From Betaproteobacteria bacterium (GTDB lineage Bacteria > Pseudomonadota > Gammaproteobacteria > Burkholderiales > Usitatibacteraceae), in the NCBI GenBank assembly GCA_025362705.1, contig JANYFH010000073.1:1-43569 (forward strand): 43,569 nt of DNA. Direction: 5' to 3'. The first letter of the stretch is position 1; each line of letters begins with the position of its first letter. This document shows, one piece after another, positions 20,692 through 30,378 of the stretch. The notes under the pieces are model-generated. The model worked only from the letters and a program-made list of their open reading frames with translations, had not been told where the DNA came from and did no database searches. The position numbers and the translations under genes are program-made.

Positions 20692-21483
20692 ATGAAAATC
20701 ATCCGCTCCCGCGATAATCTATTTGTAAAGCAACTCGTCGCGTTGGCGCATTCATCGCGCGAGCGCAAGAAGGAAGGGCTGACGGTTCTCGATGGCATCC
20801 ACCTCGTACGTGCGTACATGGACGCGATCGGTGAACCGGTTGCTGTCGCGATAAGCGAATCTGCCGAAGCTCGCGCGGAAGTTCTGGAATTGTTGTCGCG
20901 CTGCCACACCGCGAGCCGGAATTTGCTGGCCGATAGTCTGATGACGAGTGCTTCCACGCTCGATTCTCCGGCGTTCATGATGGCAATCGTACCTACGCCC
21001 GTCGCCGAAATAATTCCCGACAATGCGGATGCGGTGCTGGCGCTCGAAGATGTGCAGGATCCAGGCAATATAGGATCAATGCTGCGAAGTGCGGCGGCCG
21101 CTGGCGTGAGGCACGTAGCGCTTTCAAAAACGTGCGCGTTTGCATGGTCACCCAAAGTGCTGCGAGCCGCGCAGGGCGCACACTTTTCACTTAACATCAG
21201 CGAGGGCGTAGACCTTGTTGAATTCATCTGGCGTTTTCAGGGACAATCTCTCGCGCTGGTCGCGCAGACGCAAAACGCAAAGGCTTTGTTTGCGATGGAT
21301 ATCACTACACCAACTGCTATTCTGATCGGCAACGAAGGTGCGGGACTGTCAGCGCAATTGACAAGCATTGCGACCCACCGCGTCACCATTCCCATGCCCG
21401 GGAAGATAGAATCACTGAATGCCGCCGCCGCCGGTGCGATTTGTCTTTTCGAACTTGTGCGTCAGCGCAAGGCTCTGCAATAG
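20692..21483 (+). CDS. SpoU/TrmH-family RNA 2'-O-methyltransferase
   Basis: LEDVQDPGNIGSMLRSAAAAG, ILIGNEGAGLS and IPMPGKIESLNAAAAGAICLFE are the three SPOUT motifs. Confidence 0.88.
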   Translation: MKIIRSRDNLFVKQLVALAHSSRERKKEGLTVLDGIHLVRAYMDAIGEPVAVAISESAEARAEVLELLSRCHTASRNLLADSLMTSASTLDSPAFMMAIVPTPVAEIIPDNADAVLALEDVQDPGNIGSMLRSAAAAGVRHVALSKTCAFAWSPKVLRAAQGAHFSLNISEGVDLVEFIWRFQGQSLALVAQTQNAKALFAMDITTPTAILIGNEGAGLSAQLTSIATHRVTIPMPGKIESLNAAAAGAICLFELVRQRKALQ

Positions 21484-21516
21484 CGCAATGCGAAGGGTAG
21501 CCAACTGGAACATAAC

Positions 21517-22254
21517 TTGAACGCCACACAATCAAACTCGCCAGCGATGGTTCGCAATTACCGGTACTTCGACCTGGTCATGGTGGCCTTTGTCGCAGTG
21601 TATCTTTGCTCAAACCTTATCGGTCCCGCGAAAGCCGCACAGATCAATACACCGTGGCTGGAATGGCTCGGCATCGCCGATTTTGCGTTCGGTGCCGGTG
21701 TGTTGTTCTTTCCGTTGAGCTATGTTTTCGGCGACATCCTAACCGAGGTCTACGGCTATGCGCGCGCGCGCAAAGTAATTTGGGCGGGCTTCGGTGCGAT
21801 GGCGTTTGCCGCGCTCATGGCAACGGTTATTGTGGCTCTGCCGCCGGCGCCGGGCTGGCCCAATCAGGCTGCGTATGAGACGGTGTTCGGACAAACGCCA
21901 CGCATCGTGATGGCATCGATGATTGCGTATTTCTGCGGGGAATTCGTCAATTCATTTGTGCTGGCCAAAATGAAACTGGCCGATGACGGCAAACGCATGG
22001 GGTGGCGCTTTGTGGCGTCCACAATTGTCGGCGAGGGCGTCGATTCGATGCTGTTTTATCCTATCGCCTTTTACGGCATCTGGGGCAACGATTTACTGTT
22101 GAAGATCATGGCGGCACAATGGGTCTTGAAAGTCGGCGTCGAAGTCGTGATGTTGCCGGTCACGGTGCGTATCGTGAAGGCGCTCAAGAAAGCAGAAGAC
22201 GAGGATTACTTTGATCGCGATACCAATTTCACGCCGTTCTCGCTGAAAACATGA
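21517..22254 (+). CDS. yhhQ: Queuosine-precursor transporter, YhhQ/DUF165 (VUT) family
   Basis: Polytopic membrane ORF with FFPLSYVFGDILTEVYGYARARKVIWAGF, the hallmark segment of the YhhQ family. The start is TTG 21517 or ATG 21547. Confidence 0.85.
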   Translation: MNATQSNSPAMVRNYRYFDLVMVAFVAVYLCSNLIGPAKAAQINTPWLEWLGIADFAFGAGVLFFPLSYVFGDILTEVYGYARARKVIWAGFGAMAFAALMATVIVALPPAPGWPNQAAYETVFGQTPRIVMASMIAYFCGEFVNSFVLAKMKLADDGKRMGWRFVASTIVGEGVDSMLFYPIAFYGIWGNDLLLKIMAAQWVLKVGVEVVMLPVTVRIVKALKKAEDEDYFDRDTNFTPFSLKT

Positions 22255-22505
22255 CGTCAGCTGACTGGTTAGGCTCGTTCGCCGGATTCTGCACAACGAT
22301 CGCATTCCTGCCGCAAGTATTCAAGGTTTGGCGTTCGCGTTCGGCACGCGATATTTCGCTGGGCATGTATGCCATCTTTACGTTCGGTATCATCTGCTGG
22401 CTGGCGTACGGCTGGATTTTGGCGATCTGGCCGATCATTGTCGCCAACATGGTCACTCTTGTGCTGGTGGCGGCAATTGTCGCGATGAAGTTGCGCTGGG
22501 GCTAG
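22251..22505 (+). CDS. SemiSWEET (PQ-loop, 3-TM) transporter
   Basis: 84 aa with three hydrophobic helices and the PQ motif in FLPQVFKVWRSRSARDIS. The ATG overlaps the yhhQ stop (ATGA). Confidence 0.8.
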   Translation: MTSADWLGSFAGFCTTIAFLPQVFKVWRSRSARDISLGMYAIFTFGIICWLAYGWILAIWPIIVANMVTLVLVAAIVAMKLRWG

Positions 22506-22512
22506 CAGATTT

Positions 22513-22830
22513 CTAGTACGCGTTTGCCAGTGGTTTGCCGCAATTCCAGCAAAGCTCGAATTCGCCGGGACTGGTCTCAAGGCAGGCAGGGCAATTCTTG
22601 ATCGCCGTCTGCGGTGACCGTTGTTCATAATCTGCGATCACGGCGCGCGCATGCTGTTCCTGATGTAGTTGCGGTATCCAGATTTGTGGATATGCAGAAC
22701 CCATCGGCACTTCGCCCATTGCCGCCATCGCGTATTCATTGAGAATATGCGCAGCGATTCCCGCCTGCTGGAGAAGGTCCCTGACCAAGTGTGCATCGGC
22801 AAGATTGGCTGCAGTGTAAATGCGTTTCAT
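22513..22830 (-). CDS. DUF2007-like (putative signal-transducing) domain protein with C-terminal CxxC...CxxC zinc ribbon
   Basis: 105 aa. The N-terminus MKRIYTAANLADAHLVRDLLQQAGIAAHILNE is typical of DUF2007. The C-terminus carries CPACLETSPGEFELCWNCG. Confidence 0.7.
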   Translation of the reverse strand: MKRIYTAANLADAHLVRDLLQQAGIAAHILNEYAMAAMGEVPMGSAYPQIWIPQLHQEQHARAVIADYEQRSPQTAIKNCPACLETSPGEFELCWNCGKPLANAY

Positions 22831-22855
22831 GAGCGCATCATCGCATGCGACACTG

Positions 22856-22891
22856 AAATGGAAAAGGCCGCACGACTTTCATCGTACGACC
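22856..22891 (-). terminator. Rho-independent terminator after the autotransporter gene
   Basis: On the minus strand GGTCGTACGA-TGAAAG-TCGTGCGGCC forms a 10-bp stem with two G-U pairs (22866-22891), followed by TTTTCCATTT. Confidence 0.65.
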
Positions 22892-22932
22892 CCGGACTAC
22901 CCGATTACTTTTGTTTGCTAGCTCAGGCGCGC

Positions 22933-24801
22933 TTAAAAGCCAAATGACACACCGGCTGTTACGCCGTCTTGTTTCACGTTTTGCTTGCTCGATACTGTTG
23001 AGTACGCCACCGCAACGCCGATGCGGTCGGTAAGCCTGCCGCGAATACCAATCGTGCCAGTGACCCAAGTGTTATCCGCCTTATAACCGGGAATATCGTA
23101 GGTCAAACCAGACGTAACCGACACCGGGTTGGCGGAAACAAATCGATCTTTTTTGTTCTGCTCCTTGTCTGTCGAAATGCGCGCGTACGGTGTCCACTTG
23201 CCCAAGTCAGCCGATGCACGCAAGCCAAAGCTCGACACTCTGGACTGGCGTTCCTGCGGGAGGATATTCAGGTCAGCCGAGCCGGAGCCGGATTCCGTGA
23301 AGCCATCGACGTCAACGTACTGCCAAGTGAAAGATGCGAACGGACCGACCGATACTTTACCCAAGCCGAAATCGTAGCCAAGTGACAACGCCGAGGAGAC
23401 GTTGGATCCCTTGCTGGTTGACGCAGCGATCCGGTTGACGATGCCGAGCTTGACAAAGCGCTGCACGTTTTTGAATCTCAGATCGGCGGAAGTGCCCATA
23501 AAACTACCGTAGAGACCACCGGACTTCAACGCGGCAAACAAGGAAACCGAGGTCTCGTTGAGGTCGAATTTACCCGCTGCGCCCAGATTGGTATCGGCGC
23601 TCGACGTGCCGACGGCCGCGCCGACGGTCAGTACTTCCGAGGCACGCATCGATACACCGACTGCGCCGCCACGATTCTTGGTATTGGCTTGCGGGGTCAC
23701 TGAATTACCAGTGACGTCAGTTTTTCCGCCATCACCTGCAGCAAATGCAACCACTTTGCCAATCTCAGCCATTTGGCCAGATTGCAGACCTTCATCGAGC
23801 GCGCGAACGTGCGATGCACGTGAAGACAGCGGCACTTCTGCCATCATCGAGTATGCGTTCGGTCCGTCGATCAGGGCTTTGACGAAATCGGCGAGGATTG
23901 CGTTCGAGGCGGAGGTCGAGTGCCCGGTGTAATCGGCAAATACGTAGGTTGATGCCGCGTTGGCTGCGACCAGATTGCTCGCGTTGCAGAACTGCGCACT
24001 TGGTAATGCGGGTGGCGTGTTAAACGGCGGGAAAGAGCCGCACGCGACACCGGTTGTATTCGTGAAGCCAAACGCGCTTGCATTGGCAATCACGTCGTTC
24101 AGGAACGCGTAAGTATCGACCGGAATTACCTTTATGTTTGCCGATTTCAGGCCGGTGAAAAGCAGGGTGTTATAGCCAATACCCGCTGCTGTTCCTTGCG
24201 CAACTGCTGCAGCACCACCAAGGATCGAACCGGGTGTTTTTCCGAGATCGGGCAGACCGAACACGAGAATATAGCGTGCGCCTGCTGCTTGAAGGCGGGC
24301 AATCTGCTGCACTTCCGCAGGGGCAGCAGCTGAAACACCTGCGGCGCCAGCCTGGAGGATGTCATTGGCACCGCCCCAAACGGCGTATAGCGCCTTGGGA
24401 TCTGCCGCTCCGCCGTGAGAGGTCAGGTACTCGGTGATCTGTGTGGATACCGGTCGTTGTGACGCGGCAACTGGCGGAGTCGATGCCGAGTCCACCGCAA
24501 TGCGCGCACCACCCTGAGCATAGATGCCGCCGCCCGCGTTCGACGGATTCGGATTGCCACCGTAGTAACTTGACACCAGCTCAGACCAAACCGGGCCGGG
24601 ATTGGTCGTGAAGCGCCCCAGTCCCGCGACGGTCGCCGCCGGGATACCGATTGCGCTCAGAAACGGACGGAAGTAGCCGGCATCGGACAAGGAATCGCCA
24701 AAGACGTAAACGCCATTGAACTGGACCGCTTGTGCAGACGGCGTACCCATGATCATTGCAGAGGCAACAAGTGCGGGAATGACGCGTTTCTTGAATGACA
24801 T
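22933..24801 (-). CDS. Autotransporter with SGNH/GDSL lipase-esterase passenger domain (EstA-like)
   Basis: Signal peptide, then VYVFGDSLSDAGYF (GDSL block I). The C-terminal ~270 aa have alternating beta-strand character and end in VSFGF, typical of an autotransporter barrel. GAGGAG lies upstream of ATG 24801. Confidence 0.88.
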   Translation of the reverse strand: MSFKKRVIPALVASAMIMGTPSAQAVQFNGVYVFGDSLSDAGYFRPFLSAIGIPAATVAGLGRFTTNPGPVWSELVSSYYGGNPNPSNAGGGIYAQGGARIAVDSASTPPVAASQRPVSTQITEYLTSHGGAADPKALYAVWGGANDILQAGAAGVSAAAPAEVQQIARLQAAGARYILVFGLPDLGKTPGSILGGAAAVAQGTAAGIGYNTLLFTGLKSANIKVIPVDTYAFLNDVIANASAFGFTNTTGVACGSFPPFNTPPALPSAQFCNASNLVAANAASTYVFADYTGHSTSASNAILADFVKALIDGPNAYSMMAEVPLSSRASHVRALDEGLQSGQMAEIGKVVAFAAGDGGKTDVTGNSVTPQANTKNRGGAVGVSMRASEVLTVGAAVGTSSADTNLGAAGKFDLNETSVSLFAALKSGGLYGSFMGTSADLRFKNVQRFVKLGIVNRIAASTSKGSNVSSALSLGYDFGLGKVSVGPFASFTWQYVDVDGFTESGSGSADLNILPQERQSRVSSFGLRASADLGKWTPYARISTDKEQNKKDRFVSANPVSVTSGLTYDIPGYKADNTWVTGTIGIRGRLTDRIGVAVAYSTVSSKQNVKQDGVTAGVSFGF

Positions 24802-24968
24802 ATGAAGCTCCTCGGGAGAGATTAAACCTGGAATTATTATGTTGGATGGCCAGTTATCAATGCGATGGCCAATTACCAGCCGAAATCATGGCACAACTGA
24901 GGGGCCTAAACAAGAAACAGGCAGGTGCCGCGGTGCGTGTGTTGTAAGGGCGCTACTGTGGACTGCGT

Positions 24969-25045
24969 GTCAGGTAGTCTGCGGCAACCTGACTACACGG
25001 TGCGGCAGCAGAGTGAGTAGGTCGGGTTGCCGCAGGCTACCCGAC
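24969..25045. repeat. Inverted pair of REP-like units just downstream of ppsR
   Basis: Unit 1 (24969-24996), reverse-complemented, reads GTAGTCAGGTTGCCGCAGACTACCTGAC. Unit 2 (25017-25045) reads GTAGGTCGGGTTGCCGCAGGCTACCCGAC. Each unit is itself a hairpin. The architecture matches the pair at 31787-31880. Confidence 0.7.
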
Positions 25046-25051
25046 AGGCCG

Positions 25052-25876
25052 CTAATACACCCGTCGCGCCAACTGCGCATCATGCAGAATCGTGGTCGCA
25101 AGTTCCTCGATGCTCTTGGTAGTGGAATTCAGGAACGAAATTCCGGCGTTTTTCATCAGTATCTCTGCGGTGTTGACTTCCCATTTGCAGTTTTCCAGCG
25201 CCGCATACTTGCTATCCGGCTTTCTTTCCTGGCGAATCTGCTGCAAGCGTTCCGGCACAATCGTAAGGCCCCAGACTTTGTGTTTAAGCGGTAACAGAGC
25301 CGGCGGTAATTTAAGCTTTTCGAGATCCTCCGGGATCAAGGGATAGTTGGCTGCCTTGATGCCAAATTGCAGCGCGAGATATAAGCAAGTAGGCGTTTTT
25401 CCGCTGCGTGAAACACCAACGAGAATCAAATCGGCCTGGTCCAGATGGCGATTGGTCATGCCGTCATCGTGCGCCATGGTGTAATTGACCGCCTCGATGC
25501 GCTGGTTGTAATCCTTGAAATTACCCGCCGAATGGCTGCGCCCAACGGCGTGCGCCGATTTGACCTTGAGTTCGGCCTCCATCGGCACGATGAAACGCTC
25601 GAACATATCCAGAACCATGGCGTCAGCCTTGGCGATTTCCTCGCGCAGATCGTCGGCCATGAGGGAAGTGAACACCAACGGACGCTTCCCGGATTCGGTG
25701 TGTGCCGCCTTGATTTGGTTGAGTGCGTCCTGGGCTTTTTCCAGGTTGTCGATAAACGGAAGGGTGACGCGTTGAAATTCAACGACATCAAACTGCGTAA
25801 GCAAGGAATTGCCGAGCATTTCTACAGTAATGCCAGTTCGGTCGGAGATAAAGAAGGCGGTACGTCGATTGGACAT
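25052..25876 (-). CDS. ppsR: Phosphoenolpyruvate synthase regulatory protein (pyruvate, water dikinase kinase/phosphorylase; DUF299)
   Basis: 274 aa. RTAFFISDRTGITVE at the N-terminus and the P-loop-like LVGVSRSGKTPTCLYLA. Divergent from ppsA, as is usual. Confidence 0.93.
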   Translation of the reverse strand: MSNRRTAFFISDRTGITVEMLGNSLLTQFDVVEFQRVTLPFIDNLEKAQDALNQIKAAHTESGKRPLVFTSLMADDLREEIAKADAMVLDMFERFIVPMEAELKVKSAHAVGRSHSAGNFKDYNQRIEAVNYTMAHDDGMTNRHLDQADLILVGVSRSGKTPTCLYLALQFGIKAANYPLIPEDLEKLKLPPALLPLKHKVWGLTIVPERLQQIRQERKPDSKYAALENCKWEVNTAEILMKNAGISFLNSTTKSIEELATTILHDAQLARRVY

Positions 25877-25985
25877 GGCAGGTCTCTTTGGCGCAGCTAC
25901 TTATGGGGAATAACGGGTATGGCTCAGCTATAATTCTATCCTTATTCCGCACTGCAACAATTTCTCAACCTCATCTTCCGCCGCC

Positions 25986-28370
25986 ATGTCCAGCCCCTCA
26001 GCTTTGCCTCTGGTTTTGCCCTTGTCCGCACTCCGCATGCATGACGTCGCCACCGTAGGCGGCAAAAATTCGTCGCTCGGTGAACTGATCAGCCAACTTG
26101 GGCAGGCCGGGGTACGTGTTCCCGGCGGTTTCGCGACGACCGCAGAGGCGTTCCGGGATTTTCTGAACCACAATGGGATTACCGAGAAAATCAATGCGGT
26201 AGTCGCAGCACTGGATGTCGAGGATCTCGCTGCATTGGCCAAGACGGGTGCGGCGGTGCGAGAGCTCATCTTGGAGGCGCCGTTCCAGCCGGCGTTGGAA
26301 AAACAAATTCGCGATGCCTACGTAGAACTCACTAAAAATGATCCTGACGCTTCGTTCGCGGTGCGTTCCTCGGCCACCGCAGAAGATTTGCCCGACGCAT
26401 CCTTCGCCGGCCAGCAGGAAACGTATCTCAATATCAAGGGTATCGACAACGTACTCGAAGCGACCAAGCATGTGTTTGCATCCCTTTACAATGATCGCGC
26501 CATTTCCTATCGCGTGCACCAGGGGTTCACCCACGCCGAAGTCGCCTTGAGCGCGGGTGTGCAGCGCATGGTGCGCTCCGACACAGGTGCGGCCGGTGTG
26601 ATGTTTACGCTCGACACCGAATCGGGTTTTCGCGATGTGGTCTTCATTACCTCAAGCTATGGTCTGGGCGAAATGGTGGTGCAGGGCGCTGTCAATCCGG
26701 ATGAGTTCTACGTCTCGAAATTGTGTTTGAAGAATGGCAAGCCTGCCGTACTGCGCCGCGGATTGGGTACGAAGGCAGAAAAGATGATTTTCGGATCGTC
26801 CGAATCGGCAGGAAAGTCAGTTGAAACCAAAGCCGTTGCGCCCGCTGAGCGCGAGCGTTTTTCGCTCACCGATGCCGAGGTAGAAGAGCTCGCCAAATAC
26901 GCAGTTTCCATTGAAGCGCACTACGGTCGCCCAATGGATATCGAATGGGGCCGCGATGGTGGCGACGGCAAACTTTATATCTTGCAGGCGCGTCCCGAAA
27001 CGGTGAGATCGCAGGAATCAAAAACCGATTCGCTCACGCGCTATCGCATGACCGCCGCCGGTAACAAGATCGCCGAAGGCCGAGCCATTGGCAGCAAAGT
27101 TGGTCAAGGCCCCGCCCGCGTCATCAAGGATGTTTCCGAGATCGGTCAGTTCCAGGATGGTGACGTTATCGTCACTGACATGACTGATCCGAATTGGGAA
27201 CCGGTAATGAAACGTGCCGCAGCGATCATCACCAATCGCGGTGGCCGCACCTGTCATGCGGCGATCATCGCGCGCGAGCTTGGCGTTCCCGCCGTCGTCG
27301 GCTGCGAGGACGCGACCGATGTGGTCAACGAGGGAGAAACGCTCACAGTAAGTTGCTGCGAGGGCGATACCGGGAATATTTATCGCGGCAACGTCGGTTT
27401 TGAAGTACAGACGATTGCGCTCGACAACATGCCGGGCATCCCGGTGAAGATTTCCATGAACGTTGGCAATCCGGAACTGGCGTTCAGCTTTGCCCAGTTG
27501 CCCAACGAGGGTGTCGGGTTGGCGCGCCTGGAATTCATCATTTCCAATACGATCGGGATCCATCCCAAGGCTTGTCTGGAATTTGCCCGTCTGCCGCTGG
27601 AATTGAAAGAGCAAGTCGCCAAGCGTGCGCGCGGCTACGACAGCCCGGTCGATTTTTATGTGAAAAAAATGGTTGAAGGCGTCGCTACAATCGCCGCAGC
27701 ATTCTGGCCCAAGAAAGTCATTGTTCGCCTGTCTGATTTCAAGTCGAACGAGTATCGAAACCTGATCGGGGGCCCGCGTTACGAGCCGACCGAAGAAAAT
27801 CCGATGCTGGGTTTTCGGGGTGCGTCGCGATACATTGCCACCTCGTTTCGTGATTGCTTCAAGCTCGAATGCGAGGCCATGAAAATGGTTCGCGATACGA
27901 TGGGTCTTACCAATGTTGAGTTGATGGTGCCGTTTGTTCGCACGTTGAAGGAAGCTGACGCGGTACTTGAAATCATGAAAAATTTCGGCCTTGAGCGTGG
28001 CAAGAATGGATTGCGCATCGTGATGATGTGTGAGATTCCATCCAACGCGATTCTTGCCGAAGAATTCCTGAAGCGCTTCGACGGATTTTCTATCGGCTCC
28101 AACGACATGACGCAACTCACCCTTGCACTTGACCGCGACTCAGGCCTGGTGATGGATTCCTTCGACGAACGGGATCCCGCTGTGAAACGCATGCTGAGCA
28201 TGGCGATCCAGGCCTGCCGCAAGGAAAATAAATATGTCGGCATCTGCGGTCAAGGCCCGAGTGATTTTCCGGATCTGGCCGAGTGGTTGATGAAAGAAGG
28301 CATTGAGTCCATGTCGCTCAACCCGGATTCAGTCGTCGAGACCTGGCTGCATTTGGCAAAAACAAAATAG
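25986..28370 (+). CDS. ppsA: Phosphoenolpyruvate synthase
   Basis: 794 aa with an ATP-grasp N-terminal region, the phosphohistidine segment [24 protein letters not shown], and a C-terminal PEP-utilising TIM barrel ([16 protein letters not shown]). Confidence 0.97.
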   Translation: MSSPSALPLVLPLSALRMHDVATVGGKNSSLGELISQLGQAGVRVPGGFATTAEAFRDFLNHNGITEKINAVVAALDVEDLAALAKTGAAVRELILEAPFQPALEKQIRDAYVELTKNDPDASFAVRSSATAEDLPDASFAGQQETYLNIKGIDNVLEATKHVFASLYNDRAISYRVHQGFTHAEVALSAGVQRMVRSDTGAAGVMFTLDTESGFRDVVFITSSYGLGEMVVQGAVNPDEFYVSKLCLKNGKPAVLRRGLGTKAEKMIFGSSESAGKSVETKAVAPAERERFSLTDAEVEELAKYAVSIEAHYGRPMDIEWGRDGGDGKLYILQARPETVRSQESKTDSLTRYRMTAAGNKIAEGRAIGSKVGQGPARVIKDVSEIGQFQDGDVIVTDMTDPNWEPVMKRAAAIITNRGGRTCHAAIIARELGVPAVVGCEDATDVVNEGETLTVSCCEGDTGNIYRGNVGFEVQTIALDNMPGIPVKISMNVGNPELAFSFAQLPNEGVGLARLEFIISNTIGIHPKACLEFARLPLELKEQVAKRARGYDSPVDFYVKKMVEGVATIAAAFWPKKVIVRLSDFKSNEYRNLIGGPRYEPTEENPMLGFRGASRYIATSFRDCFKLECEAMKMVRDTMGLTNVELMVPFVRTLKEADAVLEIMKNFGLERGKNGLRIVMMCEIPSNAILAEEFLKRFDGFSIGSNDMTQLTLALDRDSGLVMDSFDERDPAVKRMLSMAIQACRKENKYVGICGQGPSDFPDLAEWLMKEGIESMSLNPDSVVETWLHLAKTK

Positions 28371-28384
28371 CTGCTACGTATTGA

Positions 28385-28888
28385 ATGCAAACGTTGCAAT
28401 GGCAATTTGTCCGCTTTGATGATCTCCCCATTCGCGACTGGTACGCAGCATCGGTTGCGCGGGTTGATGTGTTCGTCATGGAGCAGAACTGCCCGTTTCA
28501 GGACAACGATGGCGCAGATTTTCATTCCTGGCATTTACTGGGCTGGCAATCTGAAGGCGGCAAGCGCGAACTCGTCGCCGGAGACAAACGCGAGCTCGTC
28601 GCTTATTGCCGCATCGTTGATCCCGGCGTGAAATTTATGGAGCCTTCCATCGGGCGCGTGGTGACGCCGCGGGCTTTTCGCGGGCAAGGTTACGGCAAGG
28701 TGTTGATGACGGAAGCAATTTCCAGGCACGATGAACTTTATCCGGGCAAACCCAATCGAATTGGTGCACAACAGCGGCTGGAACAGTTTTATCAGGGGTT
28801 TGGATTTGAAACGGTGTCACCTGTTTACATGGAAGATGGAATTCCACATGTCGAAATGTTAAGACCAACCACGAAGGAACAATCATGA
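28385..28888 (+). CDS. elaA: ElaA-like GNAT N-acetyltransferase
   Basis: VFVMEQNCPFQDNDG, IGRVVTPRAFRGQGYG and YQGFGF...EDGIPHVEM are colinear with E. coli ElaA as I recall it. Confidence 0.75.
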   Translation: MQTLQWQFVRFDDLPIRDWYAASVARVDVFVMEQNCPFQDNDGADFHSWHLLGWQSEGGKRELVAGDKRELVAYCRIVDPGVKFMEPSIGRVVTPRAFRGQGYGKVLMTEAISRHDELYPGKPNRIGAQQRLEQFYQGFGFETVSPVYMEDGIPHVEMLRPTTKEQS

Positions 28889-29676
28889 GCAATCAATTTT
28901 CCGGCAAATCGGTGGTCATCACCGGCTCTACCAGCGGCATCGGGCTCGGCATCGCACGTGCCTTCGCGGGCGAGGGTGCGAATGTGATGTTGAATGGTTT
29001 TGGCGATGCGAAGGAAATCGAGAGTATCCGCGCGGGCCTTGCCTCGGAACACAATGTCAAGGTCGTGTACTCGGCGGCCGACATGAGTAAACCTGCCGAG
29101 ATTGCCGCGATGATTGACGACGCGCTGACAGCGTTTGGCGGCATCGACATTTTGGTAAACAATGCAGGCATCCAGTTCGTCGCGCCGGTCGATGAATTTC
29201 CGCCAGAAAAATGGGAGTCCATTCTTTCGATCAATCTTTCTGCTGTGTTTTATGCGACGCGTGCAGCACTTCCTGCCATGAAAGCGAAAAATTGGGGTCG
29301 GATTATCAATATCGCATCAGCACACGGCCTGGTCGCCTCACCGAATAAATCCGCCTACGTCGCGGCAAAGCACGGCGTGGTGGGCTTCAGCAAGTCGGTC
29401 GCGTTGGAGCTTGCCGAAACCGGTATCACCGTAAATTCCATCTGCCCCGGCTTTGTGCTCACACCGCTGGTGGAAAAGCAGATTGTCGATCTGGCTGCGC
29501 AAAAAAATCTGCCGCGCGAGACCGTGATTCGCGATGTACTGCTGGCGCCGCAGCCGTCAAAACAATTTGTGACTATCGAAGAGGTGGCAACGCTGACACT
29601 CTTCCTCGCATCCGATGCAGCCCGGCCGATCACCGGCAGCGCGTATTCAATCGACGGTGGATGGACGGCGCACTGA
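28885..29676 (+). CDS. bdhA: 3-hydroxybutyrate dehydrogenase (SDR family)
   Basis: VITGSTSGIGLGIA, NNAGIQ, SAHGLVASPNKSAYVAAKHG and PGFVLTPLVEKQI are characteristic of D-beta-hydroxybutyrate dehydrogenases. ATGA overlap with the preceding gene. Confidence 0.85.
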   Translation: MSNQFSGKSVVITGSTSGIGLGIARAFAGEGANVMLNGFGDAKEIESIRAGLASEHNVKVVYSAADMSKPAEIAAMIDDALTAFGGIDILVNNAGIQFVAPVDEFPPEKWESILSINLSAVFYATRAALPAMKAKNWGRIINIASAHGLVASPNKSAYVAAKHGVVGFSKSVALELAETGITVNSICPGFVLTPLVEKQIVDLAAQKNLPRETVIRDVLLAPQPSKQFVTIEEVATLTLFLASDAARPITGSAYSIDGGWTAH

Positions 29677-29679
29677 TCG

Positions 29680-30312
29680 ATGGTGGCAAAGAATGACCGC
29701 TGCGTACTTATCACCGGATTCACACCCTTCGGTGGTGAACGCACCAACCCGTCGTGGCAATTGGCCAAAGCGTTGCCCGACAGCATCGCGGGTTATCGCA
29801 TCGAGAAACTCCGCGTGCCGACTGAGTTCGGGAAAGCCATAACGGTCACGACCAAAGCGATCAACAAACTCAAGCCGGATATCGTATTGTGTTTCGGCCA
29901 AGCGGGTGGACGTTCGCGCATGAGTATTGAGCGCGTGGCGATCAACGTGGACGACGCACACATTGTCGATAACGCGGGTCAGCAAATTAGTGACCGTGCA
30001 ATTCGCGCTGACGGACCTGCCGCGTATTTTTGCACCGTACCGATCAAGACGATGGCTGCAGCGATGATCAAGGCGGGTGTACCCGCTGAGATTTCCAACA
30101 CGGCGGGTACCTTCGTTTGCAATCATTTGATTTACGGCGTGCTTCATCACGTCGCCGTGAATTCGCTGCCGACACGCGCAGGGTTTATTCATGTACCTTA
30201 TCTGGAATCGCAAGTGCAAAACAAAGCTGATATGCCGTCAATGTCGCTCGCGACGATGCTGGACGGCGCGAAAGCGGCGATAATAGCGGCGACCAAAGGC
30301 AAGCGGAATTGA
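29680..30312 (+). CDS. pcp: Pyroglutamyl-peptidase I
   Basis: VLITGFTPFGGERTNPSW at the N-terminus, GQAGGR, and SNTAGTFVCNHLIY (catalytic Cys context), then IHVPY. Confidence 0.88.
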   Translation: MVAKNDRCVLITGFTPFGGERTNPSWQLAKALPDSIAGYRIEKLRVPTEFGKAITVTTKAINKLKPDIVLCFGQAGGRSRMSIERVAINVDDAHIVDNAGQQISDRAIRADGPAAYFCTVPIKTMAAAMIKAGVPAEISNTAGTFVCNHLIYGVLHHVAVNSLPTRAGFIHVPYLESQVQNKADMPSMSLATMLDGAKAAIIAATKGKRN

Positions 30313-30378
30313 ATGACAGTTACCAGCATAAAATGCTAAAACACTAGCACTGGTGCGGTATCCAGGCAGAAAATAGCT

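Noticed and set aside
20586-21227. 213-aa minus-strand ORF
   Set aside because: It is antisense to the SpoU/TrmH methyltransferase gene, which carries all three SPOUT motifs.
21484-21546. Possible preQ1 riboswitch upstream of yhhQ
   Set aside because: The spacer is only about 33-60 nt. I could not see the conserved preQ1-I hairpin followed by an A-rich tail. A covariance-model scan is needed to exclude it formally.
27018-28115. 365-aa minus-strand ORF
   Set aside because: It lies entirely inside ppsA, whose plus-strand product has unmistakable PEP synthase motifs. It is an antisense shadow in GC-rich DNA.
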